Positions 1 through 14,278 of a DNA stretch of 64,000 nt are shown one piece after another; position 1 is the stretch's first letter; each line of letters opens with the position of its first letter. The notes under the pieces were generated by a model. That model made no database searches. It had not been told where the DNA came from and saw only the letters and a program-made list of their open reading frames with translations. Origin of the DNA: Girardia tigrina (taxonomy: Eukaryota); NCBI GenBank assembly GCA_001938485.1, contig MQRK01248832.1:30690-94689 (forward strand), in the 5' to 3' direction. Both the position numbers and the translations under genes were made by a program.

Positions 1-2
1 AA

Positions 3-44
3 ATTGCTGATGATGATTTTTTTAAAAATCGAAACATGTCCAAT
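3..44 (+). ncRNA. Minimal type I hammerhead ribozyme (PLE pLTR-type)
   Basis: attg-CTGATGA-t-gatttt(ttta)aaaatc-GAAA-catg-TC-caat: complete core, stem II, palindromic ACATGT stem III, GUC site, stem I attg/caat. Confidence 0.85.
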
Positions 45-489
45 AGTTGTATTAAAAAAGCTTTAATCAAATTATATTTTCGAAATACTAAACTTGCGTT
101 CACAAGACTCAATATTTCTTATTTGTTTACTATTAACAACATCACAATTTGAATGCAAACATTTATTTACAACACAAACAGATTCTTCACAACAATTTTC
201 ATTGTTCATCTTTCTTTGATTAATATAGTTTTTGATTAAATATTTAAATATGAAAAAATTAATGAATGGGGAAATTTTAATATTACATTTTAATTTCTCA
301 TAATTTTATTGGATAAAAAGATATTATGTAATTTTTAAAATAAGCATTAATTTTGAAAAATATTAAATTTAATAAGTTAAAATCGTTTACTGAAAATATT
401 ATTAAAATTCATAATTATCAAACTTTAATTAATTAGTACTTTAATTTAATATCATTAAATTAATTTCATTAGATTCAAATAATCAATCA

Positions 490-580
490 ATAAACTTATC
501 AATCCCATCTGAGTAGGAGAGTCACAAATCTAAACAGCATACAAACAACAAACTTACAACATTCACAATTATCCCTCACA
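490..580 (+). repeat. Diverged copy of an LTR-like dispersed repeat ending in CCTCACA
   Basis: ccatctgagtaggagagtcaca...ccctcaca resembles 9960-10028, 44541-44590 and 53450-53520. Confidence 0.5.
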
Positions 581-994
581 TTTACAATATTTCAACTTGA
601 TCATTTTGTAAATTGTAAAAGATGTACTTGTTAATATTTCTGACAAGGGGAAAGAAGGATGTAGAAAAAACAACTGCTTGACTTTCAAAAATTAATTATT
701 GTTTTTTTAATTAAAATTTAACGTTTATATTAAGTTCATGTTTTGCTATATTATCATTTAATGAACTTACACATGATAACATATTTGTTTGATAATATCG
801 TTGCGAGAGTAAAACGATATATCTCTTAGATTATTAATGCTTTAAAAAATAAAATTAATGAAAAGGGCGAATTTACACTAGGGAATTATACTAAACAATT
901 TGAAGGGGTTCCGCTCGATCCAAAAGGTTTCCCCAAAGATCGGACGGTTGTAGCGATAGAGATACATTGTCAGATTTGAAATTCATTTTGAATT

Positions 995-1355
995 TGTAAC
1001 AACGAAAATCACAAATCTATTAAAATTTATTTTTCACTAACAAATACTTTTTAAATAGATATTATTTAAACAAATAATTATCTATATTTTTTTATGTTAA
1101 ATATTTCATTTAATAAATAAATTTAACATGTAACACTCCCCCAGATTCTTCGTCACAAGAATCTATATCTACAACATACTCGTTCAAATAATTCGGTTTT
1201 CGTCTTTCTCTTTGGGGTCTGTTGTTGATTCCCGATTCACTTTGCTTAACACTCGGAGCTGATTCGTTGTTATTTTCCGACATGTAATCCGAGTAAGAGT
1301 TTCGCGGCAGGTCTGGTTGTCTTGGTCGAATATCTGCTATATGCCGTGGACCGCA
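995..1355 (-). mobile_element. Gypsy LTR retrotransposon 3' end: integrase tail, PPT and short (~141 bp) 3' LTR at 995-1135
   Basis: Minus strand reads GPRHIADIRPRQP...RPQRERRKPNYLNEY, then PPT GGGGGAG directly before TGTTACA...GTTACA; the LTR recurs at 48738-48874. Confidence 0.75.
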
Positions 1356-2389
1356 AAAACCAATTCAGAGATTTTGTCTTCGTGCTGAGCTCATTTTATT
1401 ATGCAGATTAAATTTACGCTCATCGAATTGCAATTTGTTTTATATCTGATTCAGTATGATTCATAGTATATAATGCAAAATTAACAATTCCGTAAATTTT
1501 CTTAAATAAATCAAAAGTTTGAAAAAATGTAAAATAATCAGCAAGTAGAGTTGAATAAAACTTTCTGTTCGACAACAAATTTCAATCAGACTTTCAGAAA
1601 AAAATCAATTAAATGCTCAATATAATTTCAATTAAATGGCCGTCAAAATTTCGATCAAAAACTTGAAAAAAATTCCCTTAAAAAAACAACTAAGAATTGT
1701 GAAAAATTGAGCAATCAGAGGATCTTGCCTCAAGGGGGCTTCAAGTGAGTGGAGACGATATATAATAATAATGTTATAATAATATAATAAAACTGAACCA
1801 AAATATAAATGAAGTTAAAAGAATCTAATAAGAATTTTAAAAATTAAAACCGGTGAAGTAGAACTGGATCAATTTAGTTCAAACACGAATTTAAAAATAA
1901 TTCCAGTGAAATACTGGCAAATCTCTAGATTTATTACAAATTCGTTGATCGTCAGCATTTTAATAAAATTCTAAACCGTTTTTTTGCGGGGTTAGAGCGA
2001 TTTTTTGCCATATGGTTAAATTAAAAATAGATTAATCTGAAAAGCTTAAAATGCACTTTTAATGAATTTATAAGTCTTATTTGATATTTTTTGGTCAATA
2101 ACGTCAAAAGTTTCTTTAATAAGTCAATAAAGTCAAATTTGTGTAATCTAATAAATGTCAATTACGGTATTTTTTGCCATGAAGTCAAAAATCAAATTTA
2201 CAAAAAACACTGGTCTAAGATTGATAATTTAGCATTAAAAAATATAATTTTGAAATAAAAAAAGTTTTATTTTAAAAATTAAAAATAATTATTTGTTTTA
2301 ATTTGAATAATTTAAATTTTTTTCCAAATTGCCAGATAAAAAGTAATTCTGTTTATTTATATTTCAATGTCTTTATTTCATGCAGTTTT

Positions 2390-3010
2390 TAAAATGCCTA
2401 AAATGTAATGTAGTTTTAATTGCAAAAAATTTAAGTCAAAGAAATAGTTCGTAGATATCCAGACGAAATTGTAACTTTTAGGGATCAGCTTAACTGTAAG
2501 TTGTGCCACTGTCAATTGAAAAAAAAATTGTGGATTTCTACAGAAAAGTCTATAGCATGACAACTTGATGAGAACTCAAAAGTAATCAACATTCACATTA
2601 TTTGAAGGACCAATAGAGGGTTTATGGGCTTATCAAGTTACTAGAGCGTTTATTCAAGCGTTTATAACGCTGCAAAAAATTCATCAGCAAAGCATTAAAG
2701 AGCTTTTTACTAGCATGAACAAGATATTGCCTTTAGTTAGAAAGTGTAGATCAGCGGTTGATCTTATATGTCAGAATATACTGAAGTTTTCTTGGTTATA
2801 GATGAATCTGATATTAATAGCCAATAATATGTCAATACTCAGATATTTTTACTCCATCTTTGTGTTTTCTATTGATTGCATGCCTATAGATTCTAGACCA
2901 AATGTCAATATTATCGCTCAAATCGATGATGAAAATCCTCGCAAGTTTGATATATCAAGAAATAATTTATTGCTACTAATATCGGATGCAGCTCGATACA
3001 TAACTTATCA
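2390..3010 (+). pseudogene. Decayed hAT-type transposase (N-terminal zinc finger plus start of DDE core)
   Basis: LNCKLCHCQL and LLLLISDAARY motifs with frameshifts; upstream gtcaataaagtcaaa motif shared with the hAT end at 50320. Confidence 0.6.
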
Positions 3011-4714
3011 CTTATTCTAACAATTTTAAGTCCAATCTATCCGATTTAAAATATTTGCAGAAACTGGTGCATATCCTTCAACAAAACATATCTATATTTG
3101 CTGCAATGAGACAATCTACGATTGATGTGTAATTTCACAAAATTCCATTCCTTCAAATCGTAAACAGTTCAATCAAGATCCTGCAAATTGGTTCAGTTAA
3201 TCCCTAATTAAAACTAAACCATTGTGAAGATCTAAAAACTTTTGATCATTAATTAATTTACTTCGATATTCAGAAACAGTTAGCATAATTCCTAGTTCAA
3301 TGATACTTAACATCTAATTTTCTGTTTCTGTAATCTAACCCTCCTAACTGTTATAACCTCCCGTAGTTAATTAAACAAAAATATAATAATAAAATTTTCA
3401 AATTATTTATATTTAAAATTATTTTTTATTTTATTTTAAATCCTATTGAATTAATATTAATTATATTTTCTTGGCAATTAATAATAAATAGCATATCTTG
3501 AAGACACTTGAAATAGATTATTAAACAAATAATTCAACAATATATCGTTCTCTCTCAACCATGAAAGATTTCCGTGACAAAATAATAAATAATATATATA
3601 ATAATAATGTTAAGATAATGATCAAAAGTGTATTTTTTGCATTTGTCTAGCAAATTATTTTTACGTCTATTATTATTATTAATTTCTATGATATATTATT
3701 TCATTTAAATTTATTAATTTGCAATTTATTTAATATTAATTCGTTAGGAAATGTGATGAATTATAAAAAAAGTGATCATTATATATTTACAAAGTCTGAG
3801 TTTACAGTTAATTTATTCCTTGTATTATTTAATAAATGTCACGCATTTTAAAATTAAACAAAATCAGTCGCAAAATGGCGTGAAACAGAATATTTTTATT
3901 TTATTTATTTATTTATTTTTAAATAAATATAATGTTTAACAGTAAATTTTATTTAATTTATTATTATTTTAATGTATTTATTTATTTAAGGTTATTTGTA
4001 TTATGTTTGTATGATTCTTAAAATTTATTTTTATAATATTTGCTTATAATGTATTCTCACAATTAATAATTTATAATTTATTTATTCATGCAAAATGAAA
4101 TAATTCAAGTAAAAATTTTGTAATTGATTCATATATTTGTAAAAAAAATACGGATAAGGGTTTATATGAAAGGAATAATGATGAATACATTTAGTTTTTT
4201 TCCATTCGATTTAACTCTTATTTTTTAACAAGTTTAACAAGATAACTAACCCTGTTTTTTTGTTATAAGCCGCCCCATAAAATATCAAAACAAATTATAA
4301 TTTTGTCTTTTGAAATATTATTTCTTCCTTAAACATTCTTAAGTAATATGTTTATAGATTAGAGACAATAATTTCCATTATCATCTTGGGTTACTTAAAT
4401 TATTAAAAAAATGTTCTTCTACATTTGATGTCTCAATTATCAAAATCTCCCATCTATAACCAGAACCTCTAAAACATTACTTAAGAAAAGGAAAATTAAT
4501 TTAATAGATAATGCAAGAAACAATTTCCTAAAATATTACATTGGTCACAATCGATGAAGGACAAGACTTCATGGACCTTTTACCAAAATTGTTAGATATA
4601 TATGCATATAAATTATTATGATTATTTTACAATTAATTGACTTTTTGTAAGAATGTGTAGTAATATATAAAGAATAAGTCGTCGTAGGACAATTGCAGTA
4701 AAATAAATAATTTA

Positions 4715-5280
4715 TACACTCAACTGTATACCAGTCATGGAAATCGTGATGGTATTCGCCTCACTCCCGAATAAATTGGAGGCTACTTACGCGGCACTGT
4801 TAAAAAGTTAAGGGAGATCAAACCAAGATTACAACCACAAACCGTCATCACAGATTTTGAGCAGGCTGCAATGAATGCATTCACCATTGTCTTCAGTCCA
4901 CAAATTCATTGCTGCCACTTTCACTTTGAACTTTGAACAAGGCATATATGAATGCTAGTCGCTCTGGCCTATGTTCCCAAGGACGCCAAAGCTCGTGTCT
5001 ACAACAACGTGCACTAACAACGCAGTAGAAGGATGACACAATGCATTTGTACGGACAGTTCAAATTGCACACTCAACTCTGCCGAGGTTAGTAGTCAAAC
5101 TTCAGAAAGAACAGAACATCAACCAAATAAACGTTGAGCGAATGCTTGTAGGTAAAGATCAATCTCTGAGGAAAAAGAAATATCGTGATCAGGATCGTCA
5201 ATTATACACTGTTGGACTGGATTATGAGAGTCGCACATCATTCGATTACTTGCGGGAATACAGTCACAACATTAATTTAC
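4715..5280 (+). pseudogene. Decayed MULE/Mutator transposase
   Basis: QLYT..H, PQTVITDFEQAAMNAF...CCHFHF, RTNNAVEG*HNAF. Confidence 0.85.
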
Positions 5281-6139
5281 TGAATCAATAAATACTTTTA
5301 GAAACATTGTTAAATTAATTTTTTTATTTATTAATGTTAAATATTTTTATTAAAGTTATTATTCAGTTGTAAAAAAATTAATAATTTAGTCAATAATAAT
5401 TTTAAATCAAATATACTCGACCAATTGTGTGGTCACAAGAATTAATATATTACTATATACTTTTATTTTAATAATAATTTGAATATTTAATGAATTTCAG
5501 CCATTGCTAAATTGTATTTTTATGAACTTCGCTAAAAGAGCATGTATAACTAAGATTATATATTATTTTTTGTTATAATTAAATCATACTTAATTCAGTA
5601 TCGGTTTTATTTATTTAATAAATAATTTTTAAGTTACTTTTTCAGTCATATTTTAACGTCATCAAAATCTGAAGGAATAAAGATAAAATGTTTGATTTCC
5701 TTTTATAAACCTATTCGACTTTGAATAAAATCTTTCAGAAAGAGTCATAATTCGAATTTTTAAATTAATTATTATAATTAATAATTCTATTAGCAATCAT
5801 TAATTAATTATAATTAAATCTTATTTAGATTGCAGCGGAAGCTCGTTTTTTTTATTAATTTGTTAACTCTGGTTTATAAATTAAAACAACTTTATTAAAT
5901 AATAATTAAATTTTATGAATAATTATTTGTAGAAAGATAAAAGTAAAAAAAAAGATTAAAAAATATGCATTAAAAATATTTCTGTTTTATAAATTATTTT
6001 ATTTTATGTAAATTAGTAGTTAAGTAGTAATATAAAAAGCAAAATAATACATTAACACAAATCAGAACAATTATATGTTTATCTTAATATTTAACTGAAG
6101 TTAAATTATACTTTTAAATGTCCTAATTTACCAAGTTGA

Positions 6140-7765
6140 GCTCCATGCTACTCAAAATTAATCTGACCGAGGTAATTTTTTGTTCTAATTTTTTTTATTT
6201 AAATTAGTCTGAACTAGGATTTGCACGGAACATGAAACCACTACTTATATATATATATATATGTTCCCATGTTTTAGTTTGTTATTTCTTCCTTAAAGAT
6301 TGCCAAAATTATAAAACAGTCAAAAACTGGTCGTGTAAATTAAATAGGCTTTTTAAAAAGTCAGGAAATCAAATGTTTGTTGGCTGTAATTCAATCAACC
6401 ATCGATTCGGCTAGTTTCAGGTATAGGTCCTGAATACAAGGGTCTTTCCTATCTTCCGCAACAGAAGTGAGGACATCTTCTTTAGAGGGTTTTTGGTGAA
6501 TTATTTTCTTTATTACACTCCACAAATTCTAAATCGACTTTAAATCATGTGAGTAGGGTTGCAATTCAACTGCGTGGATGTTATTCGATTGTATAAAATG
6601 CACTGTTGGACCAATTTTGTGACTTGGTGCATTATTATGTTGGAATATGCACCTATTTGGGGGGAATCGTCATTGCTTGTAGAGTACCAAAGTGTTCTGT
6701 AATGTTTTGATGTATGTATTCATAGTGGAACAAACACCATTGGTCCACGACCACCACTTCATGAAAGGTATACAGAAAAAGGCCCAATGACTTTTAATGT
6801 AATTGGCCGATATTTTCTCAATTTTCCCCGACGAAAAAATGCGTACAAGTTGCTTCCCCAACGTCAACGCACGTCTCGTCAGAGAATATCACGTGAATAT
6901 AAAAGTAGAAAAGCATATTTAGAAAAAAATACACTTTTTATTGTGTTTTACATTTACATGTTTTTTTTACATTACGCCATTGATCAATAGTCCAGTGGCG
7001 ATAATCTTGAAGCCAATGAAGACGGCTAGCTTTTTGACGAGCATTCAAAGCTGCACAAGCCCTTGGAAGGTAGGCAATACGACCATGACGACGTAACGTT
7101 CCTTTTATAGTGCCAATGGAGACATTCACTGTACATCCTCCGACTTTCTCTTTAATTTTTCGTGCCATCATTTGTGGCTTTGTTTTAATTGTTTGAAAAA
7201 TGACTCATATTATACTCACATTCAGAGACTTTTTGTTCAAATGTTTCTTTCCGCAACGTATCAGTGGACCCATGTTTATTAAAATGTCGAATTATGTCTC
7301 TAACAGTAGAATGTTGACATTGGCAATGTTGTCAATTAGCTGTTACACGTGAACACCAGCTTGATAATGATGAATAATCAACTGTCGAAGCTTCGTTGAT
7401 GTATCTATGTTATACCCTGACAGAAAGTGTTTTTCTAAGAAAATCAGATATTTTTTTTACTCAATGCAACAGGTTTATTTGTCGAGACCAGGAGCAGCTT
7501 CTAATTAGTTACATCAGTCAGTAACCTTTGTAATTACATTTAAATTTTACTATGAGTATGTTTAGCTGGATTATTTTGCACGACCATTTTTTTCAATTAT
7601 CCTTTCTCATCACAAACACATATTATACTTTGGAGAGATAATTAATTGGTATTGTCAGCAGAGTTAATGTTCATTTTTCGTAGAAAGTTTATGTGAAATA
7701 CACAAATAATTTACAAATTAGATCCTAAAAACATTTTGGCTGGATTAATTTGCACGGGACTGTAT
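6140..7765 (-). mobile_element. Decayed Tc1-like transposon with IR/DR ends
   Basis: Right end ggctggattaatttgcacgggactgTA; inner repeat gctggattattttgcacgacc (~7566) mirrored at ~6329; transposase pieces RLHWLQDYRHWTIDQWRNV; left end degenerate. Confidence 0.75.
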
Positions 7766-7867
7766 TGTTCTTGCGACACCATCTGCAACAGCAGAGGAAT
7801 AGATAATTTATTTATGCTGCATTGTGCATTTGTAGAACATTTGATTATGCAATATATGTATTTGATA

Positions 7868-8185
7868 TATATGGTGTTCCAAAAGTAATTGGATGAAATT
7901 ATTTTGCATGCATATCTGACAAAATAAAAGAAAATGCAAAGTTAATAGTACAGCTGTACCTGCAAACATACAGAGAGTGTTCTGAATGGGATCACATTTG
8001 CAGTTGTTTTCTCTGTCATGCTATGCATTGTTCAAACCGCTCATAAGCTACATGGCATGCTCTTTTGACCATGTCCTGTGGTATTTCTTTAATGCTTCAC
8101 TCGATCTTGTCTCGGAACTCACCAATGGTAGGAGGCTTTTTGCAGGACACATGCTCCTTCAGGTAACCCCATGGAAGTAATCATA
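7868..8185 (-). mobile_element. Tc1/mariner (maT/DD37D-like) C-terminal remnant with TIR
   Basis: Minus strand ...GYLKEHV...PPTIGEFRDKI...EIPQDMVKRAC...RFEQCI; TIR-like tatggtgttccaaaagtaattgga. Confidence 0.65.
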
Positions 8186-9769
8186 CATAGTTAATTTTAT
8201 TTTATAAATAAAATTTTAAGTAGTAAAGTCTAAAAAGTTATAAAATATCAAAGTGATAAAGTTTTCGCGCGATAAGATGTTAACTTACGAAGTGTCCTTT
8301 CATCTTACAAATTAGAAAAGAATGATTAAGTGATACGTGTGTAGCAATTGTAATAGAAAAGAAAATATATATAAAGAATTCAAATAAGGAAAATGGGATA
8401 ATAAGAGAAACTAATATAATGAATGAAATAAATATTGAAAACAAAGGTGCTAAGAAAAGCTAAAGTATACAAATAGGACGCAATCATTAGCAGAACCAGC
8501 AGACCAACATTAATAATTGTAATATGATATCTAAAAAAACATACAGGGAAAATGAAGAGGCAAAACCAAATTATTCTGAAAGTAAAAACATATTTAAGGA
8601 TTATCATAAAAAAGAGGATGTGCAATTATAATGTATGGTCGTCCATGTACCATAATAGTAAGTCAATATCATTTTATGTTTAATTACATATATGAATGTG
8701 GATGTGATTGATTATAAATATACAATCTTCTAAATATTTCCGGTAAGATTTATGGTACACTGGAAAATATAAATAGTACAAAGCCTGGAAATAGTGGAAA
8801 GATTTTATTTCCAAAGGTTTTTTATTCAAAATATTTATTATAGAAAGACTTTTATTGAAATTAAAGCATTTTATCATTTAAAAAATAATAAAGAATAAAC
8901 AAAATTCGGAGAAAGGTAACTCAAGTATTTAGTTTTTTAGAAGCTCAGACTATTTTCTTGTATATGATTTTAATTTTAAAAAGCTTTCTGTCTGTCTCTC
9001 AACATCAAATAAGTCAACATTCACGCTTCCATTATAAATTTTATTTACCAGTTTTAATTGAATAGATTCACTGAAGAAAATATTTAACACAATGGATAAA
9101 CGGAAAATAGGAAATGATTATTATTTTTCAGGATTCTCTTTAGACTAAGGTGTCATTTTTTATCCAAACAACGTTAAATTGATGACTTTATTACTTCGTA
9201 CATCTATCAAAGTTTCTCAAATCTTAAGACAAAATGTAGAAGACAACTCAATGGGAATTGTGTAAACTAATATTTGAGATCGTTTAACTGTTCCCCTCGA
9301 CCAAACAAAACCAAATCCTCAAACTAATTAAATTAACTATCAAGTTGGCTTGGGTTATCTGACAATTTGGCCCACGTAATTTAATTAGTTTGTTTTATTT
9401 ACTTTGTTTTGAGATGCATTTGTATGGTTATAAGTTTGGATTAATTGAATATTTAATATAACAAATTAACACGGACTCTTACAAGGACTAATGTTGACCA
9501 TTTATGGATAAATTATCGTTTTATTTATTTGCAACAAAGCTTTAATATTATGTTTCATTTTGATAAGCACAGAAAAATACATTTGATTAGGTACATTGAG
9601 CCTTATATAAATAAAGTTTTGTCTCATATCCTTCATCACATCATCGTTATTAAGAACACTAATATGATTTTAAACACATTTGTTACCAACACAACTCGGA
9701 TTGCCACCAGGACAATTCTCCACAAAGCTTTTGTAAATAGACATCTTAATTCTATTTCTAAACCTCTAA

Positions 9770-10028
9770 TTATTCGAACAAATTTAAATTACAATTAAAT
9801 TTACAAAATAATTTTAAATTAATTTCTAAAGAATCTTAATTTATTTTATATATATTATATATTTATTGATTAAATTAAAATTGATTTAATTTTAAATTTT
9901 TTAATTGCATTGTTAAATTGTCTGAATAATCCGACGATTTAAAACATTAAAATATCAATTTTCCACCTGGATGAAGAAACAAAATCCTAAAACACATACT
10001 ATAAACACCATTCGAAAATATTCCTCAC
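9770..10028 (+). repeat. LTR-like dispersed repeat (probable solo LTR)
   Basis: Colinear similarity to 53250-53520; both end aatattcctcaca. Confidence 0.6.
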
Positions 10029-10319
10029 AGCTATATTTCATCCTTCGCCACAACTTAAGAGACTTTAGAATCTTAATATTTTCAATATGAATTATATTTA
10101 TCGACCTAGCGGCGAATATGCAAGCGCTCTAAGTTAAAAGTTAACAAACAGAAAAAAAATGAAGACCCATCAAAAATCACTGAATGGAATGGGCATTTTA
10201 ATTGAATTTAAGTTTCTCAATGATAATACCCTAAATATTACTCAAAAGGAAATTTTGATATCTTTAGAAAATCAGAATAATGGAAACACAGTTTACCAAT
10301 GAATAATAATATGAACAGT

Positions 10320-10960
10320 AGGGCAGTGCCGGAATCCGACTAAAATCCGACCGGAGCCGGTTTTCGGCTTTCTTTACAAATCCGGCTCCGGTCATAATTT
10401 GGTCAATTTTGTAAGGGTATACAGATGTACAAATGTGCAAAAAATAACAAAAAGCGATGTATTGAAAAATGAATGTTTTTATTTAATATTACATGCACTT
10501 CATTCTCTCATTTGCTTAACATCTCCTCAACAATCATTCTTTTTTTAAATTAGTATACCGCAACATCAGCTGTTGCAAGACGTTAGCACACGTTGGAATT
10601 CGATATATAATATGCTTAGTCGATTGTATGAGAATCGCCATGTGCTAAGTGTCTACTGTTCTGAGGTCGATGGTGCAGCATCTTTGAATACTAATCAATG
10701 GACAAAAGCTCAAATTGCAGTAATACTTTTGGCTATTTTCGAAGAATGCAAGCGTGAGGTTAGTGCAAAAGCTTCACGTATTTCACAAATAATTCTTTTA
10801 AATGAAGATTTACACAACATTCTGACAACAGAAGGTAATGACGAGGGGTTGAAAAAATAAACTCTACTTAGCTGGACTCCCTCGGTAAACGTTTTTCTAA
10901 CAATCAACAGGAACGATTGTACACTGTGGCAACAATGATAGATCCTCGTTTCAAAATTAA
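10320..10960 (+). mobile_element. hAT (zBED-like) transposon remnant
   Basis: QDVSTRWNSIYNMLSRL and ATMIDPRFK motifs; ccggagccgg/ccggctccgg subterminal repeats at 10330-10393. Confidence 0.8.
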
Positions 10961-13900
10961 ATTTTTTCTCATTGTCCAATATGACAACTGTAAATGCAAG
11001 TGCACTGCTATCCTTTGATGTTTGTTGAGTAGTTAGTTAAGTTTATTTCCAGAATTTTAAATTTAAAAATTCTTCAAATTAATGTAATCAACATTCCTGA
11101 AAAGATATGGAAAAGTAATTTGAAAGTAATTTGGAAAAATAATCTTCCACCAAATTAAAACAATCAGACAATTCTTTACTTTCTTTTTTTTCGAAAAGTT
11201 ACTTCCATAGTTACATACTTCAACACATATCCCCTCTTATTCTGAATCATCTATCTATTCCTGAACAAATATTCTTGGTATAAACACATTGATTTATAAA
11301 TTCACGAATCAAAGAAATTACAAAATAAATGTGTCTTCACCAAATTATGAATTCTTTGCCTAAATCTTTTTCAAATTAATTTTTGATTACAAATAAAATT
11401 ATTTGATATCAGTTCTAAAATTAATGAAGTCGATTTGAAATATTAAAAAATTTTTGTTTAAAGATTACAAATCTTGTGCTATTTAAAAAGAAATTAATAT
11501 TATTACTTGATTTTTTTAACAATCGGTCATTTTTTATCAAACAGATATTCTTAATGTATATAAAAATCTGTTCAATGTATATACAAATAAGATATACAGA
11601 GTTTTTCATATAATTTAAGGCTCTTCACATTTTAATCCTCTTATGAAAGCACTTAATCCTATTGTAAAATAATTTAGTCCATTTTAAAAATTCTAAATTG
11701 TTTATATCATTGATGAAATTACAAAAAAATGTTTGATAAAAAAATTATTTCGGAAAAATTCTTTATTGTAATATATTTCGTTATCATTATTTACAATGGA
11801 AAACATCTCTATTCTTGTCCTAAGACGATTCAAATCACCATTTTGTTGGGAATGACAATCACTGAAATTTTGTTGCCTGTAAATAAAAATAAATTACAAT
11901 AAGAAAAGGAATAAAAATTTAAATTCGAAATTATTGGATTCTTGCTCACGAGACATTATAACGAACACCAAAATTTATTTCTATCACAATTTGAATTTTT
12001 TAAACAAATATTTTTGAGGAACTTTTGTACTTTCTTTTTTTTACACAACCAATATAAATAAAAATAGATATAAATAAAAATATGGTTAGTATATTTTTAC
12101 AAATNNNNNNNNNNNNNNNNNNNNNNNNNNNNNNNNNNNNNNNNNNNNNNNNNNNNNNNNNNNNNNNNNNNNNNNNNNNNNNNNNNNNNNNNNNNNNNNN
12201 NNNNNNNNNNNNNNNNNNNNNNNNNNNNNNNNNNNNNNNNNNNNNNNNNNNNNNNNNNNNNNNNNNNNNNNNNNNNNNNNNNNNNNNNNNNNNNNNNNNN
12301 NNNNNNNNNNNNNNNNNNNNNNNNNNNNNNNNNNNNNNNNNNNNNTTACATTAAATTTCTGAAATCTTATTTTATCATATCTATAACAATATTTTACGGA
12401 ATTTAATTGTTTGTTTAATTTGATAAAATACAAAAATTTTATATTTTATGAACGTTCCCAACAGAAATTATTAATAAAAATTGTCCATTTTTTTGAACAA
12501 TGGAAGACTCATTGAGTGAATTAACTCTACTTTAGGCCAGTTTATGTGTCTTCGATTGGTGAGTGATTGAAATGTATCGCTCTGATTGGTTAACTAATCA
12601 GAGTGAGCATTGAGCAAGATATTTCTTTCGCTTCTTTATTTTTAATTTGTGAAATTACGACATAATTTTATGAATGTAAGATTTTCACAAATTTCGAAAT
12701 TATTTAGCCGAAAATTATTTTTTTAAGTAATTTTCAACTCAGATTTAATTTTTAGTTTAAATAGAGCGGTTTTATCAAGAGAGATGTTGCTATCATAATT
12801 GATAAAGAAAATTTGAGAAAGTTTTCGTTAAATTTAAATATTGTTATAATTAAAATTTTAAACGATTTTTTGAGAATTATTTAAACGATTTTACAAATTT
12901 GCATTATTGAAACCTTTCACGATTTTGAAATTTTTGTCTAACAATAGTACGAATGCGAGTATTTGTGAATTTGTCGAACGCTTTTGCAATTTTCAAACAT
13001 TTGATCATTTGTGTTGTTTTTTTAACTGATTTTTAAATTTCTAATACGAAATTTGCTTAATCCTAATCGGAGATGTGCTGAACAAACTATTTTAATTAAC
13101 GATTAAAGATAAAAATATTATTCGATGAGTAAACTTGAGCTTCAATTCCGTCACTGCCATTATACTACTATCACCGTTCGGTCTTCGGTCAACCTGAGAA
13201 TCGAGCGGAAAAAATTTTTCTGGTACTTTTGTTTAATTCAGATATTTACTAAATGTATTAATGAGATTGTCAAGGATATAAAGTGTTTATGACAAAGGGT
13301 GTGCTTTGCTACGAAATTAGATGTAATGATTATCAGAAGATTCTAAAAATTTCATTGTATTTCAACATAAATTCAAAAACAACAGCATGTATTATTCGCG
13401 TTAATAAGATCGAAGGAAGGACTGACAAAAGAAGGATCTGAAAACGAATTTATAAAAAAAAATATTTTTTTATAATTTAGCATCTTCTGATCCCAAGACT
13501 GTCAGTAAAGAATTTCGTTCTTCTTTGAAATAAGAAATGAAGTTGCAAATTCCGATGGAGCTTCCGCAACGATACCATTTGCCAAATCTTAGTTTATTCA
13601 GTTGATCTGATTTTCGTTTCTTTTGCAAGTACAACTTTTATTTTTATATAAATTTTATACGATAATAAATAACATTTACAATGCTTTTTTTATTGTTCTT
13701 CAAAATAATTAAGCATTTTGTCTCATAAAAGCTTTCTAATGATTTTTTTCCTAATTACTTATTTTTAATCCTTTTCTTATATTTTAAAACGAATATACTG
13801 AAATAATTAATTAAATAAAAAATACATAAAAACAAAAGGATATATAATTAATCGTATGTTCAATGACTGTTGAGATTGAAGTTATAACGGAACTTCAAGA

Positions 13901-14278
13901 ATTTTTATATCAAATACTAATGGAAATATAATATAATTAAAATATAATAAGCACTAAATGAGTTTTGATGTCGGTCAAATTATTTGTAAAGGCTTATTTT
14001 TTTGCATATCTGGAAATAATTCTAATTTAAATGATTTTTATAATTTAAAATTATAAATGGAAAATCATTATTAAGTAAATCAACCCCTTATTTTTTATTT
14101 GTTCTTTTTACCTCTTTAGAGTCTAAAGGAATATAAGTATAATATGTTGGTCATTTGTTAAGAATTATCATGAAAAATATAGAATATAATTAAAAGGTAT
14201 AATATATTTCTATCAACTCATACAGAAAAAAACATAATTAGTATAAACTTACTCACTGTTGTTTGAAAATTTTATATA

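Noticed and set aside
8380-8625. Hydrophobic 81-aa ORF resembling a membrane protein
   Set aside because: Antisense of A-rich low-complexity DNA; no motif support.
12082-12433. Long ORFs containing X runs (also 21354-21758, 22304-23411, 57972-58499)
   Set aside because: Artefacts of N-gaps.
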